A stretch of 51,495 bases of DNA. Origin: Nitrospinota bacterium (lineage in GTDB: Bacteria; UBA8248). The DNA lies in assembly GCA_036231405.1 (NCBI GenBank), contig JAZAHK010000030.1, forward strand, positions 1 through 51,495, written 5' to 3'. Positions 29,715-39,234 of the stretch are shown piece after piece. Each line of letters begins with the position of its first letter. Positions within the stretch are counted from its first letter, which is position 1. The notes below the pieces were generated by a model. That model ran no database searches, had not been told where the DNA came from, and saw only the letters and a list, made by a program, of their open reading frames with translations. Made by a program: the position numbers and the translations under genes.

Positions 29715-30785
29715 TTAAGGAGTCAGCATCACTCTCATGACTCCATCTTCCCTTGCCTGGAACATTCTCATAGCTTCATTAAACTCTGACAAAGGGAAAC
29801 TATGAGTAAGCATTTTGTCGGTTTTAATATGCCCATCTGCAATAATTTGTATTGCACGAGGATAACAATTTGGAGATCCTCTTCCTCCAAAAACAGAAAT
29901 TTCATCTAAGACGATTCGGTCTGTATTAAAGGAAACCTCTTCTCCCCCGTTAATGCCTTCTAAGACTACGCGACCTCCTCTTCGAACCATATCTACCGCT
30001 TCTCTCATCGTACTTACCGGACCAGCACACTCGACACTAAGATCCACTCCTTTGCCATTGGTATGTTCCATCACCACTTCTACCGGATTTTCTTTTGTAA
30101 TATCAATCACTACGTCGGCACCAAGTTCTTTCGCAATATCGAGTCTGTATCCTCTTCCAGTTACAAAAACTTTAGAGGCCCCTAGGTACTTTACAAGCTG
30201 CAAAACAGAAAGCCCTAAAAGACCTGGCCCCAAGATTGCAACTTCGTCTGCTGGATAAACCTGACCACGATCTAAAGCATGGAGGGCAATGACAACTTGA
30301 TTTACAATCACTGCATCTTCCCAGGTCATATTCTCAGGCATTTTATGTAAATTATTTGGAGGAGCCAATCCATACTCGCTGAATGCACCATCTGCAGTAT
30401 GTCCAAGAAGTTTATATCCACCATCTTTTTTTGCGGCATTCTCGCAAAGATGATAATTTCCGGCTATACACATAGCACACGAGGAACACCCCACCGTAGG
30501 CTCCATGATCACCCTATCTCCTAACTGCAAATCGGTTCTTACATCTTTCCCAATACCAGCAACTGTACCGCACCATTCATGCCCCTGAATAAAGGGGTAA
30601 TATGGCGGCCACATAGGTCTCATATGTCCACCTAGAATATGGGTATCCGTTCCGCAAATTCCGCATGCAGCAACTTTTACAAGGATGTTCCCTGGTTCAT
30701 AATCGGGAACCGAGACTTCTTTATAATCATAGTCATTGGGACCATTAGTGACGATAGCCTTCATATGTTTTGGAATGTCATTCAT
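29715..30785 (-). CDS. Zn-dependent MDR dehydrogenase (threonine/sorbitol dehydrogenase-like)
   Basis: GICGTD, GHE, CSSCAMC-x7-C, GPGLLG. Confidence 0.9.
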   Translation of the reverse strand: MNDIPKHMKAIVTNGPNDYDYKEVSVPDYEPGNILVKVAACGICGTDTHILGGHMRPMWPPYYPFIQGHEWCGTVAGIGKDVRTDLQLGDRVIMEPTVGCSSCAMCIAGNYHLCENAAKKDGGYKLLGHTADGAFSEYGLAPPNNLHKMPENMTWEDAVIVNQVVIALHALDRGQVYPADEVAILGPGLLGLSVLQLVKYLGASKVFVTGRGYRLDIAKELGADVVIDITKENPVEVVMEHTNGKGVDLSVECAGPVSTMREAVDMVRRGGRVVLEGINGGEEVSFNTDRIVLDEISVFGGRGSPNCYPRAIQIIADGHIKTDKMLTHSFPLSEFNEAMRMFQAREDGVMRVMLTP

Positions 30786-30844
30786 TTTGCTTACTCCAAA
30801 AAAGAAATAGAAAAAAATAGAATACCAGAATCAAAAACAGAGGT

Positions 30845-31486
30845 TCAAGGTGACTGTTGTCCCTCTTTTCTGTCCGGTCTTTGCATTACGAAAGTATCCT
30901 GTGTACGACAATAATCATTCCCTGCAAGTCTCCCAACAGGTTCTAATTTCAAATGATCTATATATTTACCCTCTTCCATAGCAACATCTTTACGGACATG
31001 CCAGCAAAGCACTTCCCCAATAATGAGATTTACTTTATGACTGTTCCCATTTGTAATCATGTGTCGAAATTCACATTCCATTGAGACGGGGATATTCTCC
31101 ACTCTAGGAGCAAGAACATTTTCTGAAGGAACTGCATTAAGTCCTGCTTCTTTAAATTCGTCTATATCAAATGCGAAATTATCTGATGTAATATTCATTT
31201 GTTCCTCAAAACCATTCGCCACAACATGAATTACATATCCCTTAGTTTCAAGAATATTATTCGTTGTATCTTTGAGAGAGTCAGGGCTTTTTCCCACAGA
31301 AATAGAAACTAGAGGAGGATCTTGCCCAACACATGTGAAGAAGGAGAAAGGAGCCAAATTTGCATGACCATCTTTACTGATGGAACTAACCCATGCGATT
31401 GGTCTTGGAACTATCGTCCCAACCATGAGTCTATAGTTTTGCCTAAAATCGTTATCAGAAGCATTAATCTTATAATAATCACTCAT
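30845..31486 (-). CDS. Flavin reductase family protein (DIM6/NTAB, flavoredoxin-like)
   Basis: IVPRPIAWVSS, NLAPFSFF, KDTTNNI, VGRLAGNDY. Confidence 0.9.
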   Translation of the reverse strand: MSDYYKINASDNDFRQNYRLMVGTIVPRPIAWVSSISKDGHANLAPFSFFTCVGQDPPLVSISVGKSPDSLKDTTNNILETKGYVIHVVANGFEEQMNITSDNFAFDIDEFKEAGLNAVPSENVLAPRVENIPVSMECEFRHMITNGNSHKVNLIIGEVLCWHVRKDVAMEEGKYIDHLKLEPVGRLAGNDYCRTQDTFVMQRPDRKEGQQSP

Positions 31487-31517
31487 TTTTTAATTCCTCT
31501 TATGTATTTAAAATATT

Positions 31518-33659
31518 TTAATTTTTATCGTCAAAAAATTCATAAACAAAACCATCCGGATCGTCAGGATCTGCGGGGCTGGTCCAATTGTCATTTCCAT
31601 ATTGAGTGTTCTCGTGACCTTCACTTGAAATTCCTTCGTCTAGCAGTGTCCACTTCTCATAAAGCGAGTTAGGAAGTTCAGTCACGAAACGCGACAGTCT
31701 CGAAAATCCGCTTTGCTTATACATATTCGTCTCAAGCATAGGTTGACATAAAAACAAGTGATCTTTGGCTCTTGTAACTGAAACATAAAACAACCTTCTC
31801 TCTTCCTCTTCCCCTCCTTCGGTACCGAGAGATCTTGCAGAAGGAAAACGTGAATCTGTAAGCCACAATACAAAAATAGCTTTCCATTCCAATCCTTTTG
31901 ATTGATGAACCGTACTTAGTACAATAGATTCATCCTCATCAAAGTTATTTTCTTGAGCCATTGTTTCTATTCCGAAAGTTCCCATGAGAGCGAGTTCAGA
32001 TAGGAAATCTTCCACGCTATTATAATTTAGTGCAAACTCAGAAAGTTGGTTAATATCATCAATACGAGAGTCTGCATTTTCGAAAGTCATTTCGATATAA
32101 TTTCTGTAAAATTTCGACAAAACAAGACTGATCATTTCAGAAGGTGACCCTGTATTATTATTTTTGTCTTCGGAAATGTCACAAAGTGTTCGGAGTAACG
32201 AGATCAAATCGACATAATTTTCCCAAGAACCTTTTGCACGTTTTGGGATAGTTAAATTCTCCTGCACAGTTTCTAACTTGAGAGGATCATTAGTATTGCG
32301 AATTAATTCCCAAATCCTTGATGCTGTAGTATTACCAATACCTGGCAACAAATTTAGGGACCGTTTCCAAGCCAGTTCATCCGTAGGGCAGTTCACAAAA
32401 CGAAGAAATGAAATAATATCTTTCACATGTCTACTTTCATTAAATCGAAGCCCACTTCGAATTTCGAAAGGAATGGAACGTCTAGTTAACTCCATCTGCA
32501 ACTCAATAGAGTGATAATGGGCACGATATAAAATAGCAATATCTGAAAGAGATATGCCTTCATCTTTAAGTTCTAAAATTTTTTGTGCAACAAATTCGCT
32601 TTGCTGCAGTACGTCCTGGCATAGTGCCAATACCGGCAAACTCCCATCTTGTTTTATGCTTCTAAGATTTTTTGGATATTGTTTTTTATTATTTCCGATA
32701 GATGCATTCGCCAGTTCTAAAATAGGATTCGTGCTTCTATAATTTTCTTCGAGTTTAAATACTTTTGTATTGGGATATCTTTCAGGAAAGGTGACTATGT
32801 TCTCAAAAAAAGCACCTCTAAAACTATAAATGCTTTGTGCATCATCTCCTACAACTGTCAAATTTTTCCACTTTCCGGACAGAAGATCTATTATCCTTGC
32901 CTGTATTTTATTTGTATCTTGATACTCATCCACCAAAACATATTTAAAACGGTTTTGAAAAACTTCTAGAACCTTTTCATTTTCCTCTAGCAATAAACTT
33001 GTATTTGACAGAAGATCAGAGAAATCCATTATATTCAATTCTTTTTTTCTTGCCTTATAAAATTCTTTAATTTTTTTAATAATATCAATATTTTCAATTA
33101 GATATGGATAATCTCTACAAATAACATTAACTATTTCCATTTCCGTATCTGCGGAAAAAGATATGATAGATTCAATGACATTTGCTTTCGGGAAGTTTCT
33201 TTCTTTTGGATTTACTTTTGCCTGTAAAATACAGTCTTTGATCAAGTCTGAAGAATCTTCGCGATCCATAATAGAAAAATTTCTATCAAATCCTATAAGA
33301 TGAGAGTATTGTCTAAGAATTAGATTCCCAATGTGATGAAAAGTTCCCCCAAAAACACTACGTAAATCACCTTTAATCAAGCTAGATGCACGCAAAAGCA
33401 TTTCCTTTGCTGCCTTATTTGTAAAGGTTGCCAGAAGAATTGAGCTAGGAGAAATACCCTCATCTATGAGCCGTGCAAGACGATAAACTATGGTATGCGT
33501 TTTGCCACTACCAGCACCTGCAATCACAAGAATGGGTCCTTCTCCTGCCATCACAACTTCGTATTGCTGACTGTTCAGTGCAGAAGAATAGTCCAGCAAA
33601 GATTCCTTATGAGTGGTATCCCTTTTTACTACATAAGTTTTATTTTTCTTTTCATTCAT
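31518..33659 (-). CDS. UvrD/Rep/PcrA family ATP-dependent DNA helicase
   Basis: IAGAGSGKT, TFTNKAA, VDEYQDTN, VGDDAQSIY, NYRS, STVHQSKGLEW, EERRLFYVSVTRAK. Confidence 0.95.
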   Translation of the reverse strand: MNEKKNKTYVVKRDTTHKESLLDYSSALNSQQYEVVMAGEGPILVIAGAGSGKTHTIVYRLARLIDEGISPSSILLATFTNKAAKEMLLRASSLIKGDLRSVFGGTFHHIGNLILRQYSHLIGFDRNFSIMDREDSSDLIKDCILQAKVNPKERNFPKANVIESIISFSADTEMEIVNVICRDYPYLIENIDIIKKIKEFYKARKKELNIMDFSDLLSNTSLLLEENEKVLEVFQNRFKYVLVDEYQDTNKIQARIIDLLSGKWKNLTVVGDDAQSIYSFRGAFFENIVTFPERYPNTKVFKLEENYRSTNPILELANASIGNNKKQYPKNLRSIKQDGSLPVLALCQDVLQQSEFVAQKILELKDEGISLSDIAILYRAHYHSIELQMELTRRSIPFEIRSGLRFNESRHVKDIISFLRFVNCPTDELAWKRSLNLLPGIGNTTASRIWELIRNTNDPLKLETVQENLTIPKRAKGSWENYVDLISLLRTLCDISEDKNNNTGSPSEMISLVLSKFYRNYIEMTFENADSRIDDINQLSEFALNYNSVEDFLSELALMGTFGIETMAQENNFDEDESIVLSTVHQSKGLEWKAIFVLWLTDSRFPSARSLGTEGGEEEERRLFYVSVTRAKDHLFLCQPMLETNMYKQSGFSRLSRFVTELPNSLYEKWTLLDEGISSEGHENTQYGNDNWTSPADPDDPDGFVYEFFDDKN

Positions 33660-33708
33660 TTTTTCAATTCATTGAGAGTAAAAGTAAAAAAAAAATTACG
33701 AACACTTC

Positions 33709-34347
33709 TTACAAATCATTTTCCAAGTGCGAAATATCGTTCATTGTTACAACACTCCATCCCCTATTAGAATCTTTTTCAATGATATTTACAGAAGCGT
33801 TGTGCTGCCTAAATGTTCTAAGTTGATTGAGACTCACCTTAAGAATACGAGATAGAATAGAAATAATCGTTAAATTATGGCTGACGATTAAAACGGGATT
33901 TTCTTCCCTTATATGAGATGAATGGATCTTTTCAATACCATTCCATGCCCGAGTCTGCAATTCCCCCAATGTTTCCCCGCCAGGCATTCTCACTTCACCT
34001 GGAGCAGTTCTCCATTTAATGAAAAATTCAGGAAATTTTTCATTCATTTCATTGAATTTCATACCTTCCAGCATTCCTTGATCTAATTCAGCAAAATTAT
34101 CCATTTCAATAATAGCATTGCCTAACGACTTTGCCATTATTTCTGCAGTCTCTAAAGCTCTAGTTAAGGGACTAGTATATATTTTCGAAAACATGATTCC
34201 TTGGAGTTTTTTTGCTAAATTTCTTGCTTGTATTTTACCCGTTTGATTCAATGGAATGTCTGAGACACCTTGAACTCGTTGCTCGAGATTCCAATGAGTC
34301 TCACCATGCCTTATTAAGTACAGTGTACTTTGCTTCGACATTGCCAA
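33709..34347 (-). CDS. Histidine phosphatase family protein (CobC/PGM-like)
   Basis: RHGET motif, SPLTRALETA, ELDQG, PGGE, VSH. Confidence 0.9.
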   Translation of the reverse strand: MAMSKQSTLYLIRHGETHWNLEQRVQGVSDIPLNQTGKIQARNLAKKLQGIMFSKIYTSPLTRALETAEIMAKSLGNAIIEMDNFAELDQGMLEGMKFNEMNEKFPEFFIKWRTAPGEVRMPGGETLGELQTRAWNGIEKIHSSHIREENPVLIVSHNLTIISILSRILKVSLNQLRTFRQHNASVNIIEKDSNRGWSVVTMNDISHLENDL

Positions 34348-34422
34348 TTAACCTCAATTGATTCAATGACTTATGCCTTAAATCTTCTCAAGTAAATAGT
34401 TTCATTGTCTGGGTAGTTAGAA

Positions 34423-34983
34423 CTAGGAATCTTCTTTAAGAAAATCTCCAGGTTTCAAGTTTTTTAGCCAGTCTTTAATATCTTCCTTATCCTCTTGAAA
34501 AACATTTCCGGAAGATTCAGGGGATTCGAGATCTTTCACATCTGTAGGAAAACCCTTGGTCTCTTCAAGGTTAGCAGGCTTATCAAAGTCTAAGCTTTTT
34601 GCTTCATCCAAAACCTCTTCACTAACATAAATTGTGGAACTAACTCTGATCGCAAGTGCTATAGCATCAGAAGGCCTGGAATCAATGACGTGATTTGTCC
34701 CATTGCTAGAGACATGAATTTGTGCATAAAAAGTATTGTCTTTTAATTCACTTACCAAAACATGATCCACTTGCCCATTGAGTTCTGTAATTAAATTTTT
34801 CAGTAAATCGTGGGTCATTGGTCGAGGAGTCTCAAAATCTTCCATCTCTCGTGCAATAGCATGCGCCTCAAAGAGACCTACCCAGATTGGCAAAATTCTG
34901 TCACCATCTGCTTCTTCAAGAATCACAATAGGGACATTAGTTAAAGGGTCAACCGCCAAACCTTTGATACTCATTTCTATCAT
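34423..34983 (-). CDS. Bifunctional nuclease family protein (DUF151)
   Basis: LPIWVGLFEAHAIA, RPMTHDL, IDSRPSDAIALA; TAATG overlap with the miaB stop. Confidence 0.92.
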   Translation of the reverse strand: MIEMSIKGLAVDPLTNVPIVILEEADGDRILPIWVGLFEAHAIAREMEDFETPRPMTHDLLKNLITELNGQVDHVLVSELKDNTFYAQIHVSSNGTNHVIDSRPSDAIALAIRVSSTIYVSEEVLDEAKSLDFDKPANLEETKGFPTDVKDLESPESSGNVFQEDKEDIKDWLKNLKPGDFLKEDS

Positions 34984-36380
34984 TAAACCAACTCCATCTC
35001 TATTTCATGTTCTGGATAATACCCCTGAACATTTTGCACTCCACTACGAAGTATTTTTATATCAACAATTTGCCCCACAGACAAATTTTCTTCTCTCGAC
35101 AAGAAGATTACTCTTTGACTTCCTCTATTTCTGCCTGCATAGGAGAAAAATTCTTTTTCCGAATGAGCCTCTCCGGAACAGCATTCATAACAATCTAGCA
35201 GACTTTCTCTATTTTCTATTTTTTTATCTATCAAAACTTCTTGCACACTTCCAAGCAGTTTGTCATGATTTTCTTTTGTAATCTCTTTTTGAACTCTCGT
35301 CAATTCTTCAAACCTTTCATCTATCACCATACTATCGACAAGACAATCCATTCCAAATGCTGGTGTTCCCGGTCTTGGAGAATACTTGAAGCTATAAATG
35401 CTCTCAAAGTGAGAGTTGCGAATTAATTCAAGAGTGTCATCAAAATCTTTATCAGTTTCACCTGGAAAACCGACTATAACGTCTGACGTGAGTACACCTT
35501 CAGGAACCTTATCATAAAACATAGAAACTTTTTCCAAATACTCTTCAGAAGTGTACCCTCTCTCCATTTTTTTCAGGATATTATTTGAACCAGATTGGAA
35601 AGGAAGATGTAGGTGCTCACAAACTTTTTCGTAAGATGCCATCGATTCGAACATTTCTAAATCACAATTCTGTGGATGTGACGTAATAAACCTAATTCTT
35701 CTAAGTCCTTCTATCTTATTTATTCTGCCAAGCAATCTACCAAAACTTAATTCGTCTTTATCTTTTAAGCCATATGAATTTACATTCTGACCCAAAAGCG
35801 TAACTTCGAGGAACCCTTCTTGAACAGCCTTTTCTATTTCTTCAACAATAAGATGACTTGGCTTGCTCCATTCGGGACCACGAGTATATGGAACCACACA
35901 AAATGTACAAAAATTATCACATCCTCTCGCAATACTAACCCAACAACTCCTCCCATTTTCCCTGTTTATGGGTTCCAAGGAAGTGAAGTCGGGGACAACT
36001 GGCTTAGTATCCAAAACCCTACCCTCTTCCAATTTCTCAAGAAGGTTAGGTAGTTTTGAAATATTTTGGGTGCCGAAAACAAGATCAACTGTTTGCGCTC
36101 TTTTTGCAATTTGTTCACCAGCGCGATTTGCAAAACATCCACAAACCGCAATTTTTAAATTTGGATTCTTTTTTTTCAGTTTACTAAGTCTTCCAATCTG
36201 ACTATAAACTTTTTCTTCCGCTTTTTCACGAATAGAACATGTATTCACAATAACTAGATCGGAATCCTCTAATTGAGCAGAGAGGGAATATCCCTCTTCT
36301 TCAAGGTAACCAGATATGGTTTCAGAATCATACTTATTCATCTGACAACCATAAGTGTATAGTGAATAACGTTTAGTCAA
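34983..36380 (-). CDS. miaB: tRNA-2-methylthio-N6-dimethylallyladenosine synthase
   Basis: GCQMNKYDS, NTCSIREKAEEK, GCDNFCTFCVVPYTRG, LLGQNVNSY, DVIVGFPGET, YSPRPGT, TRAM domain. Confidence 0.96.
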   Translation of the reverse strand: MTKRYSLYTYGCQMNKYDSETISGYLEEEGYSLSAQLEDSDLVIVNTCSIREKAEEKVYSQIGRLSKLKKKNPNLKIAVCGCFANRAGEQIAKRAQTVDLVFGTQNISKLPNLLEKLEEGRVLDTKPVVPDFTSLEPINRENGRSCWVSIARGCDNFCTFCVVPYTRGPEWSKPSHLIVEEIEKAVQEGFLEVTLLGQNVNSYGLKDKDELSFGRLLGRINKIEGLRRIRFITSHPQNCDLEMFESMASYEKVCEHLHLPFQSGSNNILKKMERGYTSEEYLEKVSMFYDKVPEGVLTSDVIVGFPGETDKDFDDTLELIRNSHFESIYSFKYSPRPGTPAFGMDCLVDSMVIDERFEELTRVQKEITKENHDKLLGSVQEVLIDKKIENRESLLDCYECCSGEAHSEKEFFSYAGRNRGSQRVIFLSREENLSVGQIVDIKILRSGVQNVQGYYPEHEIEMELV

Positions 36381-36494
36381 GATTTACCCCAATAAAAGGA
36401 AAACTCCTAGGGAAGTATTGCTAAACCAAATTTGCCATGTCAACTTATAAAAAAACTAAAAACACACTTTAATCAACTTGGGTCAAAAAACGAA

Positions 36495-37043
36495 ATGGAT
36501 AAAGTTAACGAATATTCTATATGTCTTCTTGGAAAAAGACAGAACATCAAAAACAGTTTGTTTATAGAGTCAGGGCAAATATTTGTTGATGAAGTAATGA
36601 AAAATGGGTTTAATACACAAATCAGAACTTTAGGCTGGCCTTCGGCAATTGGCATGCTAGACAAGACTATTATAAAAATCAAAAAGCAACCTTTAAGAAA
36701 TATGGAAATTCCTAAGAAGTACGATATTCTTTTCCTTTGCGACCAATATGAGACCATACCTAATATCGACCTTTCTGTCTTTTTAAATCATGGTGGATTT
36801 TTCGTTAGGAACTCCGAAAATGAATCTATTCATATTGAAAAAAATTTAATAAAAATTTTTTACAATTTCAACAAATCACCACCTAACACTCGTGCAACAG
36901 TTATTTCTTATACACTTCAAAAATTATTCAATTTTTCATACTCAACTAATGAAAATGCAAATTCTATGATAGAAACGAATTTTGCAATAAAGGAAGAATT
37001 GAAATACGAAATAGATTCTTTCCTAAAAAGAATTTTTCGATAA
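36495..37043 (+). CDS. Hypothetical protein resembling a divergent 2-oxoacid:ferredoxin oxidoreductase gamma subunit
   Basis: Only long ORF in the miaB-hup gap; residue pattern aligns by eye with PorC/KorC. Start at ATG 36495 (ORF open from 36432). Confidence 0.55.
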   Translation: MDKVNEYSICLLGKRQNIKNSLFIESGQIFVDEVMKNGFNTQIRTLGWPSAIGMLDKTIIKIKKQPLRNMEIPKKYDILFLCDQYETIPNIDLSVFLNHGGFFVRNSENESIHIEKNLIKIFYNFNKSPPNTRATVISYTLQKLFNFSYSTNENANSMIETNFAIKEELKYEIDSFLKRIFR

Positions 37044-37122
37044 ACCATTTGAAAAATAATTACATTTTTTTTCTTTCTATTACTCGATCCTTCTATATAA
37101 CTGAGAATACGCAAAATTTTAT

Positions 37123-37151
37123 TTGCATTTCTTTATTTGAATTGTTAGTAT
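37123..37151 (+). promoter_or_regulatory. Sigma70-type promoter for hup
   Basis: TTGCAT, 17 bp spacer, TAGTAT with TGn extended -10. Confidence 0.55.
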
Positions 37152-37247
37152 TATTGGGTTCCCGCCCTGTTTTTTTGTTTTTTTTAAATCCGCCTTAAAT
37201 TTTAGATTTGAATCGCCCATATTTTATTAATTTATGGAGAGAGAAAA

Positions 37248-37520
37248 ATGAATAAAGGCGACCTAGTAGATGCAATTGCAAATGATGCGGATATGAGCAA
37301 GTCACAAGCAGGTTCAGTAATTGATGCGTTTGTATCATCCGTTACCGGTGCGTTAAGAGGTGGTGACAAAGTTACTATCACTGGTTTTGGTACTTTCAGC
37401 ATTTCCAGACGTGCTGAAAGGGATGGAAGAAATCCTAGAACTGGCGAAACTATAAGAGTAGCTGCTGCGAATGTACCTAAATTTAAGGCAGGTGCAGGAC
37501 TGAAAGCTTCTGTGAATTAG
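37248..37520 (+). CDS. hup: DNA-binding protein HU
   Basis: MNKGDLV, GFGTF, GRNPRTGE, PKFKAG; 90 aa. Confidence 0.97.
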   Translation: MNKGDLVDAIANDADMSKSQAGSVIDAFVSSVTGALRGGDKVTITGFGTFSISRRAERDGRNPRTGETIRVAAANVPKFKAGAGLKASVN

Positions 37521-37572
37521 ATTTTTATTTTGAATACCAGCTAATCTAATCACAATAATCGTCAAAAGATAT

Positions 37573-38376
37573 TCATGATTCACTGATAATGGGGTTTTGG
37601 TTATCCCATTCATGTTCGTGAGAGATGATCTCTTTTTTCGCATTTTCAGTGAACTCTTTATAATCCTTGGTTTTATTAGAACAAGATTCTATCAATCCAC
37701 AGCTTCTGAGTATGTTTGTTTCGTTGAATTCTAGGCCTAATTTTCTCAGTATTATCTTAGCCCTTCCGTCGAGAAATAAGAGTTTTAGATCATGAAGATC
37801 TCCGTAAAATTTCCTAGGTGCATTCCTTGCTCTTAATATCTTGTCAGGACTGCATCCATACAAGACAGCTAACCCGTTACAAAATTGACTGATCTGTTCC
37901 TCTTGCATAGCGTCTCTGGATGCATTCAATAACTCACCTACAGATTCATCATCAAGATATATTGAATAATCTACAGCTATCTCTGTGAGAATATGAGAAA
38001 GGTAAAATTTTGTTGAGGAATCCAGGGTTACTTGCACCTCAGCACAGAATTGTTCCAGATATGGAATAAGTTCTTTCCCCTTCTGATAAGTATAACCTTT
38101 TTTATCTCTAGGTCCCAATTTTTCTAAGGGCTTCATTATAGAGCCATAGTGGCAAAAATTATCGACGATCAAATGACATTTAACCCATTTCAATTTAGGA
38201 AATCTCTTATAAGCTCCTTCAGGCGGCTCGAACCTATGAGTTTCTTTAGCATTGAATTCATCTGACAGAGGTAACGAATCAGGAACTATATTATATAGAT
38301 AAATATCGAAATCATGTTCTCGTGAAGTTTCTTCCAAAACTTCACGAAGTATCAATGTGTGGCAATTCGTCAACAA
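37573..38376 (-). CDS. Putative Zn-dependent phospholipase C / P1 nuclease fold hydrolase
   Basis: Start reassigned to TTG 38376 (the GTG at 38385 is inside the GAGGTG SD). MLTNCH, NIVPD, THR, HLIVDNFCH, HILTEIAVD ligand pattern. Confidence 0.6.
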   Translation of the reverse strand: MLTNCHTLILREVLEETSREHDFDIYLYNIVPDSLPLSDEFNAKETHRFEPPEGAYKRFPKLKWVKCHLIVDNFCHYGSIMKPLEKLGPRDKKGYTYQKGKELIPYLEQFCAEVQVTLDSSTKFYLSHILTEIAVDYSIYLDDESVGELLNASRDAMQEEQISQFCNGLAVLYGCSPDKILRARNAPRKFYGDLHDLKLLFLDGRAKIILRKLGLEFNETNILRSCGLIESCSNKTKDYKEFTENAKKEIISHEHEWDNQNPIISES

Positions 38377-38400
38377 AACTAGCACCTCTAATTTTATAAA

Positions 38401-39234
38401 TCAAAGAATTTCATAAATCCCTTTTCTATACGTAATTTTTTGCTCTTCCTTTAATTTTTCTATTATGGATTTAATCATATTTACGCCGAATACTAATTGA
38501 TCTTCTCTTAAATTTCGATAAATAGATTTTGCTAACTCCTCTAATGTAGAATCATTTTTTATTAAAGCCCGAAGTACCTGTTTCTCCCTTTTATCTCGGT
38601 GAGAAAGTAAATAATCAATCCTTTTTATTGGATTTTCGATTGGATACCCATGACCAGGAAAGATTAATCTAGGCTTCAAATCTAATACTTTTTTAAGAGA
38701 CTGAATATATTCAGTTAAGTTTCCTAAAGGTGGAACGACTGCGGTCGTAGTTTCAGTGAGAATATTGTCACCTCCAATCAAGACTTTTTCCTCCTTCCAC
38801 CAAAATGCAAGATGACCGGGTGAATGGCCAGGCGTAAAAATAGCTTCTAGCTTAATTTCGCCAACATTCACGACAAAGCCTTCTTGAATAGGAATAACAG
38901 ACAAATCAAGTTCTCTTTCTTTCATCAAATTTATTTCAATAGGATGAGCATGACAAGGAATGGACATCACATCACAAATCGCCATGGCGTTTCCAGAATG
39001 ATCGTGATGTTGATGAGTTAAAATAAATTTTTCTAGCTCCCCTTTACTTTCTTTCTTCACCCAATTAACAACCTCATCTCTTTGCGTCCCATAACCAGAA
39101 TCAAACAAAACAAAGGGGCCATCACCTACAAGAATAATTTCAACATGATCCATATAGGCTTCTTTAGGCGCAAAGATTCTTTTCGATTTTATAACGTCAG
39201 AAAGTTTTGACATTAAATTTTCTTTTTCTTTCAT
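38401..39234 (-). CDS. Metallo-beta-lactamase fold hydrolase (LACTB2-like, C-terminal winged helix)
   Basis: DSG, THQHHDHSG, TPGHSPGH, GDNIL, PGHG. Confidence 0.9.
   Translation of the reverse strand: MKEKENLMSKLSDVIKSKRIFAPKEAYMDHVEIILVGDGPFVLFDSGYGTQRDEVVNWVKKESKGELEKFILTHQHHDHSGNAMAICDVMSIPCHAHPIEINLMKERELDLSVIPIQEGFVVNVGEIKLEAIFTPGHSPGHLAFWWKEEKVLIGGDNILTETTTAVVPPLGNLTEYIQSLKKVLDLKPRLIFPGHGYPIENPIKRIDYLLSHRDKREKQVLRALIKNDSTLEELAKSIYRNLREDQLVFGVNMIKSIIEKLKEEQKITYRKGIYEIL

Noticed and set aside
31518..34983. Helicase plus nuclease as an anti-phage defence system
   Set aside because: Both are common housekeeping-type families embedded in the miaB operon, with no defence-island or mobility context.
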